NCBI GenBank assembly: GCA_963663965.2
Contig: CAXXFK010000030.1
Span: 224,001-288,000 of the forward strand
DNA from: Sedimentisphaerales bacterium
GTDB lineage: Bacteria > Planctomycetota > Phycisphaerae > Sedimentisphaerales > SM23-30
Direction of reading: 5' to 3'
DNA: 64,000 nt
Shown here in pieces: positions 1 to 9,571 of this stretch; within the stretch, counting starts at the first letter, position 1, and every line of letters starts with the position of its first letter. Both the position numbers and the translations under genes were made by a program. The notes under the pieces are model-generated. The model ran no database searches. It had not been told where the DNA came from and was given only the letters and a program-made list of their open reading frames with translations.

Positions 1-75
1 TAACGAGAGATCCCGCATGTCAACGAAAAGTTTCAAGATGATTTTACCGTGGTGGTGCTGGAGAGTGAGGCGTAG
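1..75 (+). other. Possible 3' end of a PP2C/SpoIIE-type phosphatase gene (truncated at the window edge)
   Basis: Frame 1 reads ..EKFQDDFTVVVLESEA*, resembling the C-terminal DDxT motif of PP2C. An in-frame TAA at 1-3 means an indel would be needed. Confidence 0.25.
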
Positions 76-180
76 TTTTTTGTTTTAAGTCTATGTAAAT
101 GTGGGCCACCCGAGAAAGATGGCCGAGGCCACCCGGCCGCATGTTTAATCACTGTAACATACAAATTTTGAGGTAAACCT

Positions 181-1230
181 ATGTCAATCCCGGTTCCCTT
201 CAAGCTCTCGAAATTCAATGTCATTTTTACAATTATTGTTATTGCATTCTATTTTATGCCTGCCATATTGGCCTCTCAATTGTCATCTCACATAATTGGA
301 TTAATTTGTGGACGTGTCATCGCCCTGATATTCATACCGATGCTCTTCGCCTGGCTGGTCTGGCGTATGAGAGGCCGCCAGGAAAAAGGCGGCACCGGAA
401 CTTATAATCTTGTCCTGTTTTTATGTATCATCAGCCAGATAAATCAGTGCGCCATGAACAGTCAGCGGGAGGAATTCTATAAAAATGTTATATCAGCGAA
501 GCAAGAATATCAGATTGCTCTTAAAAGCGTTGACAATGTTGCCGATGTTCAATCCGCTCACCAAAAATATGTAAATATTATCGAAAAAAACTACAAGGAA
601 TGCTCTCAATATCATGACCCTGATATGCGCGATATAGACTCTGATAAAGAAATTCTATTGGTTATGGCCGATCTGAATACTGAAGATATGATTGCTCAAG
701 TAGAATGGGTCAACGCGTATGCCGAAATTGAAGAGAACAACCTGCTGCGATACTCATTAGCGAACAACACCGAAGCGTTCGACCGGCAAAGAAAATACAT
801 TGATCGATATCTTGAAAAGACGCAGATTCTAAAAGAGCTTTTTGAGAGCAAAGTGGAGACTCTCAAAAAGAAACTGGGAAAATTGGTGGATAGTAGCAAA
901 AACGCCCAAATGATTATTGGTAATGCGTTAGAAAGCTACCGAAATCAACGACCCTTTATGGCACCTGTTTTTGACGCCCATATGGCTTATGGTGAGCATC
1001 TGGGCCAACTGCTGGACCTGTTGCAAAACAGGCGTGATGAATGGTCCGAGGGTGACAACAAGATAGTTGCTCATAACGATGATTTTCTGGAAGCTTATTC
1101 CCGGCTTTATTATCTGATCCAGCAAGATTCAGTAAAAATGACACAAGCAAACGAGCATCTATCAGCCATTGATAGCCGGACTCTGTCTTCAGACCTGTCA
1201 GTGCCCGCACCCGTTTTGCCGGGCAATTGA
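181..1230 (+). CDS. Hypothetical membrane protein (about 3 N-terminal TM segments plus a helical domain)
   Basis: 349-aa ORF with a GAGGT RBS upstream and a hydrophobic N-terminus. Confidence 0.75.
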   Translation: MSIPVPFKLSKFNVIFTIIVIAFYFMPAILASQLSSHIIGLICGRVIALIFIPMLFAWLVWRMRGRQEKGGTGTYNLVLFLCIISQINQCAMNSQREEFYKNVISAKQEYQIALKSVDNVADVQSAHQKYVNIIEKNYKECSQYHDPDMRDIDSDKEILLVMADLNTEDMIAQVEWVNAYAEIEENNLLRYSLANNTEAFDRQRKYIDRYLEKTQILKELFESKVETLKKKLGKLVDSSKNAQMIIGNALESYRNQRPFMAPVFDAHMAYGEHLGQLLDLLQNRRDEWSEGDNKIVAHNDDFLEAYSRLYYLIQQDSVKMTQANEHLSAIDSRTLSSDLSVPAPVLPGN

Positions 1231-1238
1231 ATCATCTA

Positions 1239-1267
1239 CGGCCTGACGGCCCCGGCTAGGCTGTGCG
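1239..1267 (+). repeat. Cassette-boundary motif, copy 1 (attC-like cores GCCTGAC..GCTAGGC)
   Basis: CGGCCTGACGGCCCCGGCTAG matches 5462-5482 at 20/21. CGGCTAGGCTGTGCG matches 2563-2577 at 14/15. Confidence 0.55.
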
Positions 1268-1275
1268 GGGTGGCG

Positions 1276-1530
1276 CCTTCAAGCGTAACGCAGTGGAGCT
1301 TGTGGGTGCAATAGCGCTGCGATTGGAACAGGCTGGCAATGGAAGATCGACTATGGCACTCACTGGGAAACAGGACAACGCGGCCTTGTGGAGCGGCCGG
1401 AGTTGTGGTATTATTCCAGCTATCGATTCTGGGCAGGGACAGGTGACAGCCCGGTTCCCGGTATGATTGAAAGGAGACATTTACCCGATGGCGATTGATG
1501 TGTCATGCACCCACAAGCTGCGCTTGAAGG
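1276..1530. repeat. Non-coding element with long-range terminal inverted repeats
   Basis: 1276-1285 pairs with 1521-1530 (10 bp) and 1297-1310 pairs with 1506-1519 (14 bp). Confidence 0.65.
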
Positions 1531-1636
1531 TAGAAGCTGAGACAGGTTAACGAGGCCGCTGGCTGGGTTCAAGGAACTGGCAATACAACATATTAAGTAA
1601 TCTGGTTAATATCCGTTACACAATAGGAGACTTGAC

Positions 1637-2422
1637 ATGAAAAAGTATTTAGTAGCTTTGCTGATGTTATTTGGATTATCCCATTGCACAATGGCGAGTT
1701 ATTGGAATGATGGAGGAACTCATGATGTGATAACGACGATAGATAGGAATTGTTCTATCCGTGGCGTTACGACTGTAAATTTGTATGATACAGGGATTGT
1801 CACTGGCGGATTGGGTGTATTCGATTGGGGTACAATAAATATCTATGGAGGAGTAATTTATGATGGGCTTTCAGCAGTACAGAATGGTAAGATAAATATA
1901 TATTCAGGCGTTGTTACACCTTTTTTATTCGCGTTTGATTATACTAATACCCAGATCCATGGAGGAACAATTGGAGCAATTACTTTTGAGGGAAATACAA
2001 CCTGCACAATATCGAATGCCCATGTTCAAGATGATGTGTACCTCTCTCTTTACAGCGACACGAAGGTGCACGGAGGAATATTTGATGGAGAATTTTATAT
2101 ATATGATAAGGCGTGTTGTGTATTTGAAGGAAGTGAGTTCTATATAAATAATCAGGAGGTTTATGATGGGAGCCATGCAAACGATTTTCAATTAACAGAA
2201 ACAACACTACGCCTCGATGGGATTAAATATCACTGCTGGACAGGCGCCTTGACTGGAGTTCTGGCTGATGGGAGTGCTCTTGATACAACTTTTTATCTTT
2301 ATGACTATTATGGTCATGGGTATGGCGACCTCTCTTTTTCGGTCATCCCAGAACCTGCCACCTTATCCCTGTTTGGCATTGGAATCCTAGCAGTTTTTCG
2401 TCGAAAAAATATTGGGAATTAA
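1637..2422 (+). CDS. PEP-CTERM sorting-domain protein (beta-solenoid-like, Gly-rich repeats)
   Basis: Signal peptide, AGGAG RBS, and C-terminal VIPEPATLSLFGIGILAVFRRK (PEP, TM helix, basic tail). Confidence 0.9.
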   Translation: MKKYLVALLMLFGLSHCTMASYWNDGGTHDVITTIDRNCSIRGVTTVNLYDTGIVTGGLGVFDWGTINIYGGVIYDGLSAVQNGKINIYSGVVTPFLFAFDYTNTQIHGGTIGAITFEGNTTCTISNAHVQDDVYLSLYSDTKVHGGIFDGEFYIYDKACCVFEGSEFYINNQEVYDGSHANDFQLTETTLRLDGIKYHCWTGALTGVLADGSALDTTFYLYDYYGHGYGDLSFSVIPEPATLSLFGIGILAVFRRKNIGN

Positions 2423-2562
2423 GTTATGACAAAATCGTATCTTTTATTTATATTATTTTTATTGTCCTGGATCTAATTGATTGAGCCAAGAAAATATTAG
2501 TAAAGTGATTGACCAGTATGGCTCTCCAGTTAGTCTGGTGCAGATTAACGGCTGGATGGCGA

Positions 2563-2577
2563 CGGTTAGGCTGTGCG
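2563..2577 (+). repeat. Cassette-boundary motif, copy 2 (GTTAGGC core)
   Basis: CGGTTAGGCTGTGCG, 14/15 identical to 1253-1267, just upstream of the RBS of the next gene. Confidence 0.45.
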
Positions 2578-2605
2578 TGAAAGTGATAATAGCAGGAGTT
2601 AGATC

Positions 2606-4870
2606 ATGAAAGCAAAATTAGTGGTTCTGATGTGTTTGCTGGGTTTATCATCGGTATCGGCCCGGGAGTTCCATGTCGGGGTCAATGGCAATGACCAGTG
2701 GCGCGGGTCGGAGGACAGGCCGTTGCGGACGATTTCTGCCGCGGCGCGGCTGGCCCGGCCGGGTGATGTGATTACCGTTCATGCAGGGGTCTATCGTGAA
2801 AGCGTCAATCCGCCGCGCGGCGGCGAATCGGAGTCCGGGCGGATCGTCTATCGGGCGGCTCCGGGCGAACAGGTGGTCATCAAAGGCTCCGAACCCATCC
2901 AAGGCTGGCAGCCGGTGCAAAACGATACCTGGAAAGTCACGATTCCCAATAGTTTCTTTGGCGAGTTCAATCCCTACCGGGATCTGATCCGGGGCGACTG
3001 GTTCAATGACAGGGGGCGGCGGCATCATACCGGCGCGGTGTACCTCGACAATCACTGGCTGACTGAAGCGGCGCAACTGGACGATGTCTTAAAACCCATC
3101 GGCGCTGCCGCATCATCCTACCTGGCGGGCCAAAGTCAATATCTGCTGAATGTGGCCTGGTTTTGTCCCGGTCCTGCCGCGGCAAAGGCTGCGCGCATCC
3201 CGGCGGGCAACTTTGCCGCGCAACACGGTGTCCAGACCGAACAGAATGCTGACGAAGGGCTCCTGGTCGGCTGGATCGAGCCGGGCGACTGGTGCCGATA
3301 CGATCAGGTGGATTTCGGTTCGGGAACCGACCAGATGGTCATCCGGGCTTCGTCCAGTACCGAGGGCGGACTCATCGAGCTGCGGCTGGACTCGCCGGAG
3401 GGTGAACTGCTGGGCATCTGCCCGGTTGAAAATACCGGCGGGTGGTATTCCTGGTCAACACTCAAGGTGAAGATCAAGCCGTTGAGCGGGCAGCAAACCC
3501 TTTGCATGGTATTCAAGCGCCACCGGCAACTGTCGGACGAAGCCGCGGATTTGCGTTTGTGGTTCGCGCAGGTGGATGATGCCAGCACCACCCTCTGGGC
3601 CCAGTTCCAGGCCGTCAATCCCAATAACAGCGCGGTGGAGATCAATGTCCGCCGGGCGGTGTTTTATCCGGAACAAACCGGGATGAATTATATCACGGTG
3701 CGCGGCTTCACCCTGATGCACGCCGCCACCAACTGGGCCCCGCCCACGGCCGAACAGATCGGCCTGATCGGGGTGAACTGGAGCAAAGGGTGGATTATCG
3801 AAAACAACGACATTCGCTATTCGGTCTGCACCGGCGTGACGCTGGGCAAGCACGGCGATGAATTTGACAACACCTCGGCCAATTCCGCCGAAGGCTATGT
3901 CAAGACCATCGAACGCGGCCTGGCCCGGGGCTGGTCCCAGGCGAATATCGGCGGCCACATTGTGCGTAACAACCATATTTCCCACTGCGAACAGGCCGGT
4001 ATCGTGGGCAGCCTGGGGCCGATTTTCTGTACGGTGACCGGCAACACCATCCACGATATCCATGTGCGGCAACTGTTTACCGGCGCCGAGATGGCCGGCA
4101 TCAAGTTCCACGGCGCGGTCGATACCGTCATCAGCGATAACCATATCTATCGCACCGGCCGCGGCATCTGGCTGGATTGGATGGCCCAGGGCACGCGTGT
4201 CACCCGGAATCTGCTGCACGATAACGGGCCCGGCGAGGATCTGTTTGTTGAGGTGAATCACGGGCCGTTTCTGGTGGACAACAACATCATGCTTTCACCT
4301 GTCAGCCTGTTAACCAACTCGCAGGGCGGGGCGTATGTCCACAACCTGTTTAACGGCCGGGTCCAGGTCATTGTCGGGGAAGGCCGCCTGACGCCGCATC
4401 TGGCCGAGCATGGCACGGACGTGGTCGGGCTGGCGCCGAATCCCAGCGGTGATGAACGGTATTATAATAACATCCTGGTGAACGGCGGATTGTCCAACTA
4501 TGATCCGGCGAAACTGCCGGTCTTTATGGCCGGCAATGTCTCGATCAAAGGGGCCAAACCGTGCAAATATGAAACCGGTTCGCTGGTCCAACCGCAATTC
4601 AGTCCCGGCATCAAGCTGGTTGAACAGGCAGATGGCCTCTTTTTACAGATGACTTTGGATAAGAAATGGTCCGCGAATCAGACTCGAAAGCTGGTCACCA
4701 CGCAACTATTGGGCAAGGCCAAAACACCCGATCTGCCCTATGTGCAGCCCGATGGCTCACCCTACCGCATCGATACCGATTATTTCGGCCGGAAGCGAGA
4801 CCCCGCCAATCCGTTCCCGGGCCCATTCGAAAATCCCGGCCAGGGCGAGCAGGTCTTGAAAGTATGGTAG
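2606..4870 (+). CDS. Secreted GH120-like beta-xylosidase (parallel beta-helix) with an internal CBM6-like module
   Basis: Signal peptide. PGDVITVHAGVYRESVNPPRGG, WAPPTAEQIG, GIWLDWMAQG and LFVEVNHGP are typical of GH120. The insert GWIEPGDW..VDFGSG..IELRLDSPEG..TGGW is typical of CBM6. Confidence 0.8.
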   Translation: MKAKLVVLMCLLGLSSVSAREFHVGVNGNDQWRGSEDRPLRTISAAARLARPGDVITVHAGVYRESVNPPRGGESESGRIVYRAAPGEQVVIKGSEPIQGWQPVQNDTWKVTIPNSFFGEFNPYRDLIRGDWFNDRGRRHHTGAVYLDNHWLTEAAQLDDVLKPIGAAASSYLAGQSQYLLNVAWFCPGPAAAKAARIPAGNFAAQHGVQTEQNADEGLLVGWIEPGDWCRYDQVDFGSGTDQMVIRASSSTEGGLIELRLDSPEGELLGICPVENTGGWYSWSTLKVKIKPLSGQQTLCMVFKRHRQLSDEAADLRLWFAQVDDASTTLWAQFQAVNPNNSAVEINVRRAVFYPEQTGMNYITVRGFTLMHAATNWAPPTAEQIGLIGVNWSKGWIIENNDIRYSVCTGVTLGKHGDEFDNTSANSAEGYVKTIERGLARGWSQANIGGHIVRNNHISHCEQAGIVGSLGPIFCTVTGNTIHDIHVRQLFTGAEMAGIKFHGAVDTVISDNHIYRTGRGIWLDWMAQGTRVTRNLLHDNGPGEDLFVEVNHGPFLVDNNIMLSPVSLLTNSQGGAYVHNLFNGRVQVIVGEGRLTPHLAEHGTDVVGLAPNPSGDERYYNNILVNGGLSNYDPAKLPVFMAGNVSIKGAKPCKYETGSLVQPQFSPGIKLVEQADGLFLQMTLDKKWSANQTRKLVTTQLLGKAKTPDLPYVQPDGSPYRIDTDYFGRKRDPANPFPGPFENPGQGEQVLKVW

Positions 4871-5088
4871 CATGGCTGATTACTTGAAAGGGTAAAAGCC
4901 GATATGAGACCAGGCGTCATTCAACGATTTGACATGCCTGAAACAATATTTTTGGATGTGATAAAAATGGGCATTGAAGACCAGCAATTGGACAAGATAG
5001 GCTGTCTGAAAATTATGTTGATGATGATGTTGAATATTTTGATACAAACAGGTATCGAACTAAACAGGCTCAAAAAACAGTAAGGAGA

Positions 5089-5433
5089 TTGTCCGTGTTC
5101 AGAGAATCCCAATGTTGCGAATGTTCCATGCGTTTTATCAACCTCGCCGGACATAAAGGAATGTCAATTGTAATTAAGAATATTAATGGTAAATATTTAC
5201 CTTGTTTACAAATGAGATCATTAGATATTGACGAAGAAAATCATCTTAGCCAATTACAAAAGACATCATTAATTCAAAATAGTGTTACGGGGCCTTTTAT
5301 CAGAGTAGCTGAACAAATTGCGATCCATTTTTGTCCATTTTGTGGCCGAAATATTGCCAAATGGTTATCGAAACACAAAAATATTGCTATAGAATTGGCT
5401 AAAAAACATGAGTGTTTCATAATGGGCAAATAG
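5089..5433 (+). CDS. Small hypothetical protein with CxxC and CPFCG (putative Zn-binding)
   Basis: AT-rich ORF with an AAGGAG RBS (true start possibly the GTG at 5095). Motifs CCEC and IHFCPFCG. Confidence 0.6.
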   Translation: MSVFRESQCCECSMRFINLAGHKGMSIVIKNINGKYLPCLQMRSLDIDEENHLSQLQKTSLIQNSVTGPFIRVAEQIAIHFCPFCGRNIAKWLSKHKNIAIELAKKHECFIMGK

Positions 5434-5461
5434 TGTTGATGGATATATTGAAATTTTCCGG

Positions 5462-5482
5462 CGGCCTGACGGTCCCGGCTAG
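5462..5482 (+). repeat. Cassette-boundary motif, copy 3
   Basis: CGGCCTGACGGTCCCGGCTAG, 28 nt after the stop of 5089-5433. Confidence 0.55.
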
Positions 5483-5575
5483 AGACTTTCAGCCCGCCTG
5501 AAGCGGATCTTCGACCCGGCTGGCTTCAGTTGTGTGATATTTTGAGTGGCTATTGAATTAAAATAGGGGATTTTT

Positions 5576-6100
5576 ATGAAGGAAAGAATCAATAAGCTCT
5601 ATTCCATGGTCCATTCCCAGACGGCCCGGTGGTGTGTGTTATGTGTGGGCTTGTGTTATGCCGGGTATCGACATCCAATTGATACCGATGATTTATGGTT
5701 TTTGAGCGGGTTAACGTTGGCGGTGGTTCTGGTTTGTGTCTTTTTAGTTCACAGCCGCTACTTTTATCGCCAACTGCTGGGGCTGGGTGTTATCGTGGCC
5801 GGATTTTGGATTCTCTCGGCGTCGACGATGGTTTCGGTGGAGGTGGTTAACGAGACGGGTAAGGAGCTGGAACTCTATCTGATGCGGCTGGGCCAATCCC
5901 GAACACGGCATTATGCGTTACCTGCCCAGGCAGATATTTCGATCCCGCTGGGAAACAGTGAATCCTCGGATCGGCTCAAACCCGGCAAGCGCTACTTCCT
6001 GCTGGCGCTCGATGCGGATGAGAATCCCTGTCTCAGCCAGATCGTCACTGACGCGATACTGGAGGAACCGGTGGTGATTAGAGATAATAGGCAAGAATGA
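5576..6100 (+). CDS. Hypothetical membrane protein
   Basis: 174-aa ORF with about 3 hydrophobic segments. Confidence 0.65.
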   Translation: MKERINKLYSMVHSQTARWCVLCVGLCYAGYRHPIDTDDLWFLSGLTLAVVLVCVFLVHSRYFYRQLLGLGVIVAGFWILSASTMVSVEVVNETGKELELYLMRLGQSRTRHYALPAQADISIPLGNSESSDRLKPGKRYFLLALDADENPCLSQIVTDAILEEPVVIRDNRQE

Positions 6101-6130
6101 AACGGATGGGCGATTGGAGAAGTGTCCTTA

Positions 6131-9100
6131 TCAGGTCAGCATGGCTTCCACCTGATTGGGCATACGGTTGTACAAGTCGATGATATCCTTGTCAGTCATT
6201 CCTTTGCAATTGATAACCTGTTTGGCGATGTTATAAATTATTGCCTTGACTTTATTATAGTTAGTAATATCCATTCGAGTCCAGGCCGGGTCATAGATCT
6301 CTTTTATCTGATTCACTTTCACTTTTTTGCCCAGGTGCCAGGCGTAATAATTATTCTTATCGTCATAAAACATCGATCCAACCGGTAAGCCAATACCATC
6401 GGCGAAACGGATATAATCTTCTTCATCACTTAACAGGGTCTTTAAGATGGCCAGACCCAGGTCTTTGCTGACCGAACCATTTAACACGCCGATATGCCAG
6501 TCGCCTTTGCAGCCTTTTCCAGGTAATGGACAAACCTTAAGCTTTCGAGATAACTCCGGGGTCTTGGAGATAATATCGCGAAGTTGTGAGTACCAATAGA
6601 TGTAGATGTCGGTTTTTATTTCATGTTGGGTGTATGGTTGCGGATTAGTGATATTATCGATATAGCCAATCCGCTCCATAACGCGACAAAAACAGAAAAA
6701 CTCTTTGTCGTGTTCACTGATTTTTTCTCTCAGGATTTTTTCATTCATTTTTTCCAGATTCTTACATGCTTTGACAACATCCAGTAATAAACACGACAAC
6801 GTTTCCGGAGCAACAGGATCAACCCGGATTACGATATTTCTATCATCTAAAAGGTTAAGCATGGTCTCCCATGATAAGAAATTATTTGACTCAAGGTTAA
6901 GTGTATGAGCGATCATGAGTACATTTTTGTAGTATGGATACAGTCCCCGCCTTATAATCTTCTGGTCATAATCATTCAAGTCCTTGTGGTTAAGAAAGAT
7001 CGTATTCTCATTGTGTTCGTTATCCGTGGCTTGATTACTGGTTGCGTATTTATACTTGATAAAATGGGATGCTTTTTCATTTTCTCCAACATAGAATTCA
7101 TCGACTGAACACAAAACGGTGTTTTCCAGCGGAGCATTTTTCTGCAAGATACTCAATGATTCGTGTTGAATACCCGAATCTCTGGGACCAAATTCCACCA
7201 GGTTTACATTAGGGATAATATGCTCAAAAAGATTGTCGGCCTGCTTGAGTGATCGAATAGGATCATTCGATATTCTGGATTTGCCGAATACGGATTTCAT
7301 AATAGTACTCAGGCGCTGATTGTATCTGGCATGGTTGTCGTTTTCTTTAAATAAAAATGCTGCAATCTCCGGGCGATGAATGGTGTTGCTGGAAAAGCCG
7401 ACCAGGCCATTGAGGTATTCCGTATTCAGAGTGAAAAAATGTTTTGAGTCTTGTTTATCTAATGAGAAAACTTCTTGTGCTATGGTTGGTTTTTGTTGAG
7501 AATCCTCAGGCGCATTATCGGGGTTAATGTCATGTATTTGGATGACAGCCGGAGTTGTTTCAATATCTTCATGCTGATCGCTGCGCATGCCGTCGCCTTG
7601 CACAATAATGTGCTTTTTCCCAAATACATCAATAAACCGGCATTTGATGACGGCGTCCGCGATGGAGACCGCCCGGTTAACCATGTCATTGCCGCTCTCG
7701 AACTCGCTGCGCGTGCCAATGATCACGGTGTTAATCCCGTGATTTCTCATGATCTGCGCGAACGCCGGAATAAATATCTCGCCGGAGGTTTTGCTCTTCT
7801 TCAAAAATGGATAAGCGCCGCCAATTTCACTGACATCATCCAGGATGACGCGCTTGACCTTTTTTCCTTCTGGAAACCGGATAATAATAGCCCTGATCAC
7901 ATTGATCAATTCTTCCGGCAATAAGGCGCCATTGCCAAAATCGATTTCGATTAAGGAGGAGTCAATATTTTTTTCTTCTGAAATAAAATTCCATTTGGTA
8001 ATCAAGGCTTTACTTCGGGTGACAATATTTTGCCACTCATGATTATTCGCCGCTATTTCTGGGAATCGCTCTTGATATAATTCTTCGGAGAGTATCAGGC
8101 TGTCGGGCCCTTCCAGCATCCGACTTTTGTGTAAACGTATCAGGAGCCCGGTTTCTCCACGGTGCAGGCCGTCCATTAGATAACACATGCCGATATTGGA
8201 TTTGAACGCGCCCCGATCGCCTTCAATCACGACCACGCTCCCGCGATTGAGATTTTTTCTGATAATCAACTGGCTGAATGTTTTCATCCCCCATGTCCAG
8301 CCGGTATCGTTTAATGGGTCGGGCTTATCGTATATTTTCTTTTCGGTCTGTTGAACAATATAGTGTAACGATGGATAGATAACCAGGCCATTACTGACAT
8401 GGGCTAGAATATTATTACTACCTTGATATATATGCGGGACTTTTCTGGATTCTTCCGGCTGTGAGCCGGTAGAATTTCTGGTGTTGGTATCCGTGGATGG
8501 ATCTGATGCCTCGTGCGGATATGAGAAGGTCTTCATCGGATGTTTGCCTTCTACATGTTTGGTATAGCGGGATTTATCAATCGAAAAATATTTCATTTTG
8601 TAGTTGTTGTCTTCTTCGATGCTCAACGAGATTTCGATGTCGGTAATGGTTGAATCATAGGGCACCAGGTTAGCCAGGGAAGATTCCACGACAAAGATGC
8701 CAATCGTTTTGTAACGTTTAAATAAATAGAACAGTTGATACAGCTGTTCTCGGGTGAGAGGATTATCGGAAAACATATTCAGACTATCGATGACGACCAG
8801 GGGAAACAACTGGCAATTCAGTTCCCAGGGCTCGATTATGGTTCCGTTCGAATTGATCGGCAGGCCGTTTTCATTGACAAATCGTGACTCAATATTGGCA
8901 GATTTAAAAGAGGTACTGCCCTTCAGAACACTGCCGGCCTCAAGTAAGAATTCCAATTGACGATAACGTTTCCAGAAGATATCGTCATTGCCCTCGTTTT
9001 GAATATATCGGGGCGATAACGAGGGCAATAGCACGCAGGCGTCTATCAGATCGTTTTGAGTGTTATGATTTTCAGGGCATTGGGTCATGGTTTTGTCGAG

Positions 9101-9571
9101 AAACGGGCAATTTTGAGGTTGGGTCAGGATACTTCTTAAAAAATTGGCATAATGTTGGGGACTTTCCAGCTGATCGACTGAATGTAAATGTTGCATCACC
9201 TTCATATATTGACGCCAGCCGTATTGTCCGGCTTTGGTTAACACTTCATGATGTGTGTTTTCCAGTGAAACATAAGCGGTTACGGCGCAATTACCTAATT
9301 TAACCGCCGCGGTCACCGCAAGTTGCAACGCCAGGGTTGACTTCCCGGCGGCCGGCGGCCCTTTAATAATGATATTGCCGGTTCCGGGATCATCATCGGC
9401 AGGAACGATCAGGGCGGGAATTTCATCTCTCTCTTTTTCCGGGATATCATCGCCTTCTTGCTGGATGGGTAACAATTGACAACTTTGATTCATTAAATGA
9501 TCGAATGGGAATCCCAGGCGAATTTTTACTTTTTTATTATTTTCACGATTTTTAGAATTTATTTTATTCAT
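6131..9571 (-). CDS. Tandem KaiC/RecA-family ATPase fused to a C-terminal solute-binding-protein-like domain
   Basis: Domain 1: Walker A GPPAAGKST, Walker B VVIDSL, STITD, KSR. Domain 2: GDRGAFKS and VILDD. The C-terminus has PYY..SWE..GDWHIGVLNGS..GIGLPV, like sugar SBPs. The ATG at 9571 overlaps the upstream stop. Confidence 0.75.
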   Translation of the reverse strand: MNKINSKNRENNKKVKIRLGFPFDHLMNQSCQLLPIQQEGDDIPEKERDEIPALIVPADDDPGTGNIIIKGPPAAGKSTLALQLAVTAAVKLGNCAVTAYVSLENTHHEVLTKAGQYGWRQYMKVMQHLHSVDQLESPQHYANFLRSILTQPQNCPFLDKTMTQCPENHNTQNDLIDACVLLPSLSPRYIQNEGNDDIFWKRYRQLEFLLEAGSVLKGSTSFKSANIESRFVNENGLPINSNGTIIEPWELNCQLFPLVVIDSLNMFSDNPLTREQLYQLFYLFKRYKTIGIFVVESSLANLVPYDSTITDIEISLSIEEDNNYKMKYFSIDKSRYTKHVEGKHPMKTFSYPHEASDPSTDTNTRNSTGSQPEESRKVPHIYQGSNNILAHVSNGLVIYPSLHYIVQQTEKKIYDKPDPLNDTGWTWGMKTFSQLIIRKNLNRGSVVVIEGDRGAFKSNIGMCYLMDGLHRGETGLLIRLHKSRMLEGPDSLILSEELYQERFPEIAANNHEWQNIVTRSKALITKWNFISEEKNIDSSLIEIDFGNGALLPEELINVIRAIIIRFPEGKKVKRVILDDVSEIGGAYPFLKKSKTSGEIFIPAFAQIMRNHGINTVIIGTRSEFESGNDMVNRAVSIADAVIKCRFIDVFGKKHIIVQGDGMRSDQHEDIETTPAVIQIHDINPDNAPEDSQQKPTIAQEVFSLDKQDSKHFFTLNTEYLNGLVGFSSNTIHRPEIAAFLFKENDNHARYNQRLSTIMKSVFGKSRISNDPIRSLKQADNLFEHIIPNVNLVEFGPRDSGIQHESLSILQKNAPLENTVLCSVDEFYVGENEKASHFIKYKYATSNQATDNEHNENTIFLNHKDLNDYDQKIIRRGLYPYYKNVLMIAHTLNLESNNFLSWETMLNLLDDRNIVIRVDPVAPETLSCLLLDVVKACKNLEKMNEKILREKISEHDKEFFCFCRVMERIGYIDNITNPQPYTQHEIKTDIYIYWYSQLRDIISKTPELSRKLKVCPLPGKGCKGDWHIGVLNGSVSKDLGLAILKTLLSDEEDYIRFADGIGLPVGSMFYDDKNNYYAWHLGKKVKVNQIKEIYDPAWTRMDITNYNKVKAIIYNIAKQVINCKGMTDKDIIDLYNRMPNQVEAMLT

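Noticed and set aside
6131..9571. Bona fide circadian kaiC
   Set aside because: No kaiA or kaiB in the window, an atypical second P-loop, no EE pair and an extra C-terminal domain of about 350 aa.
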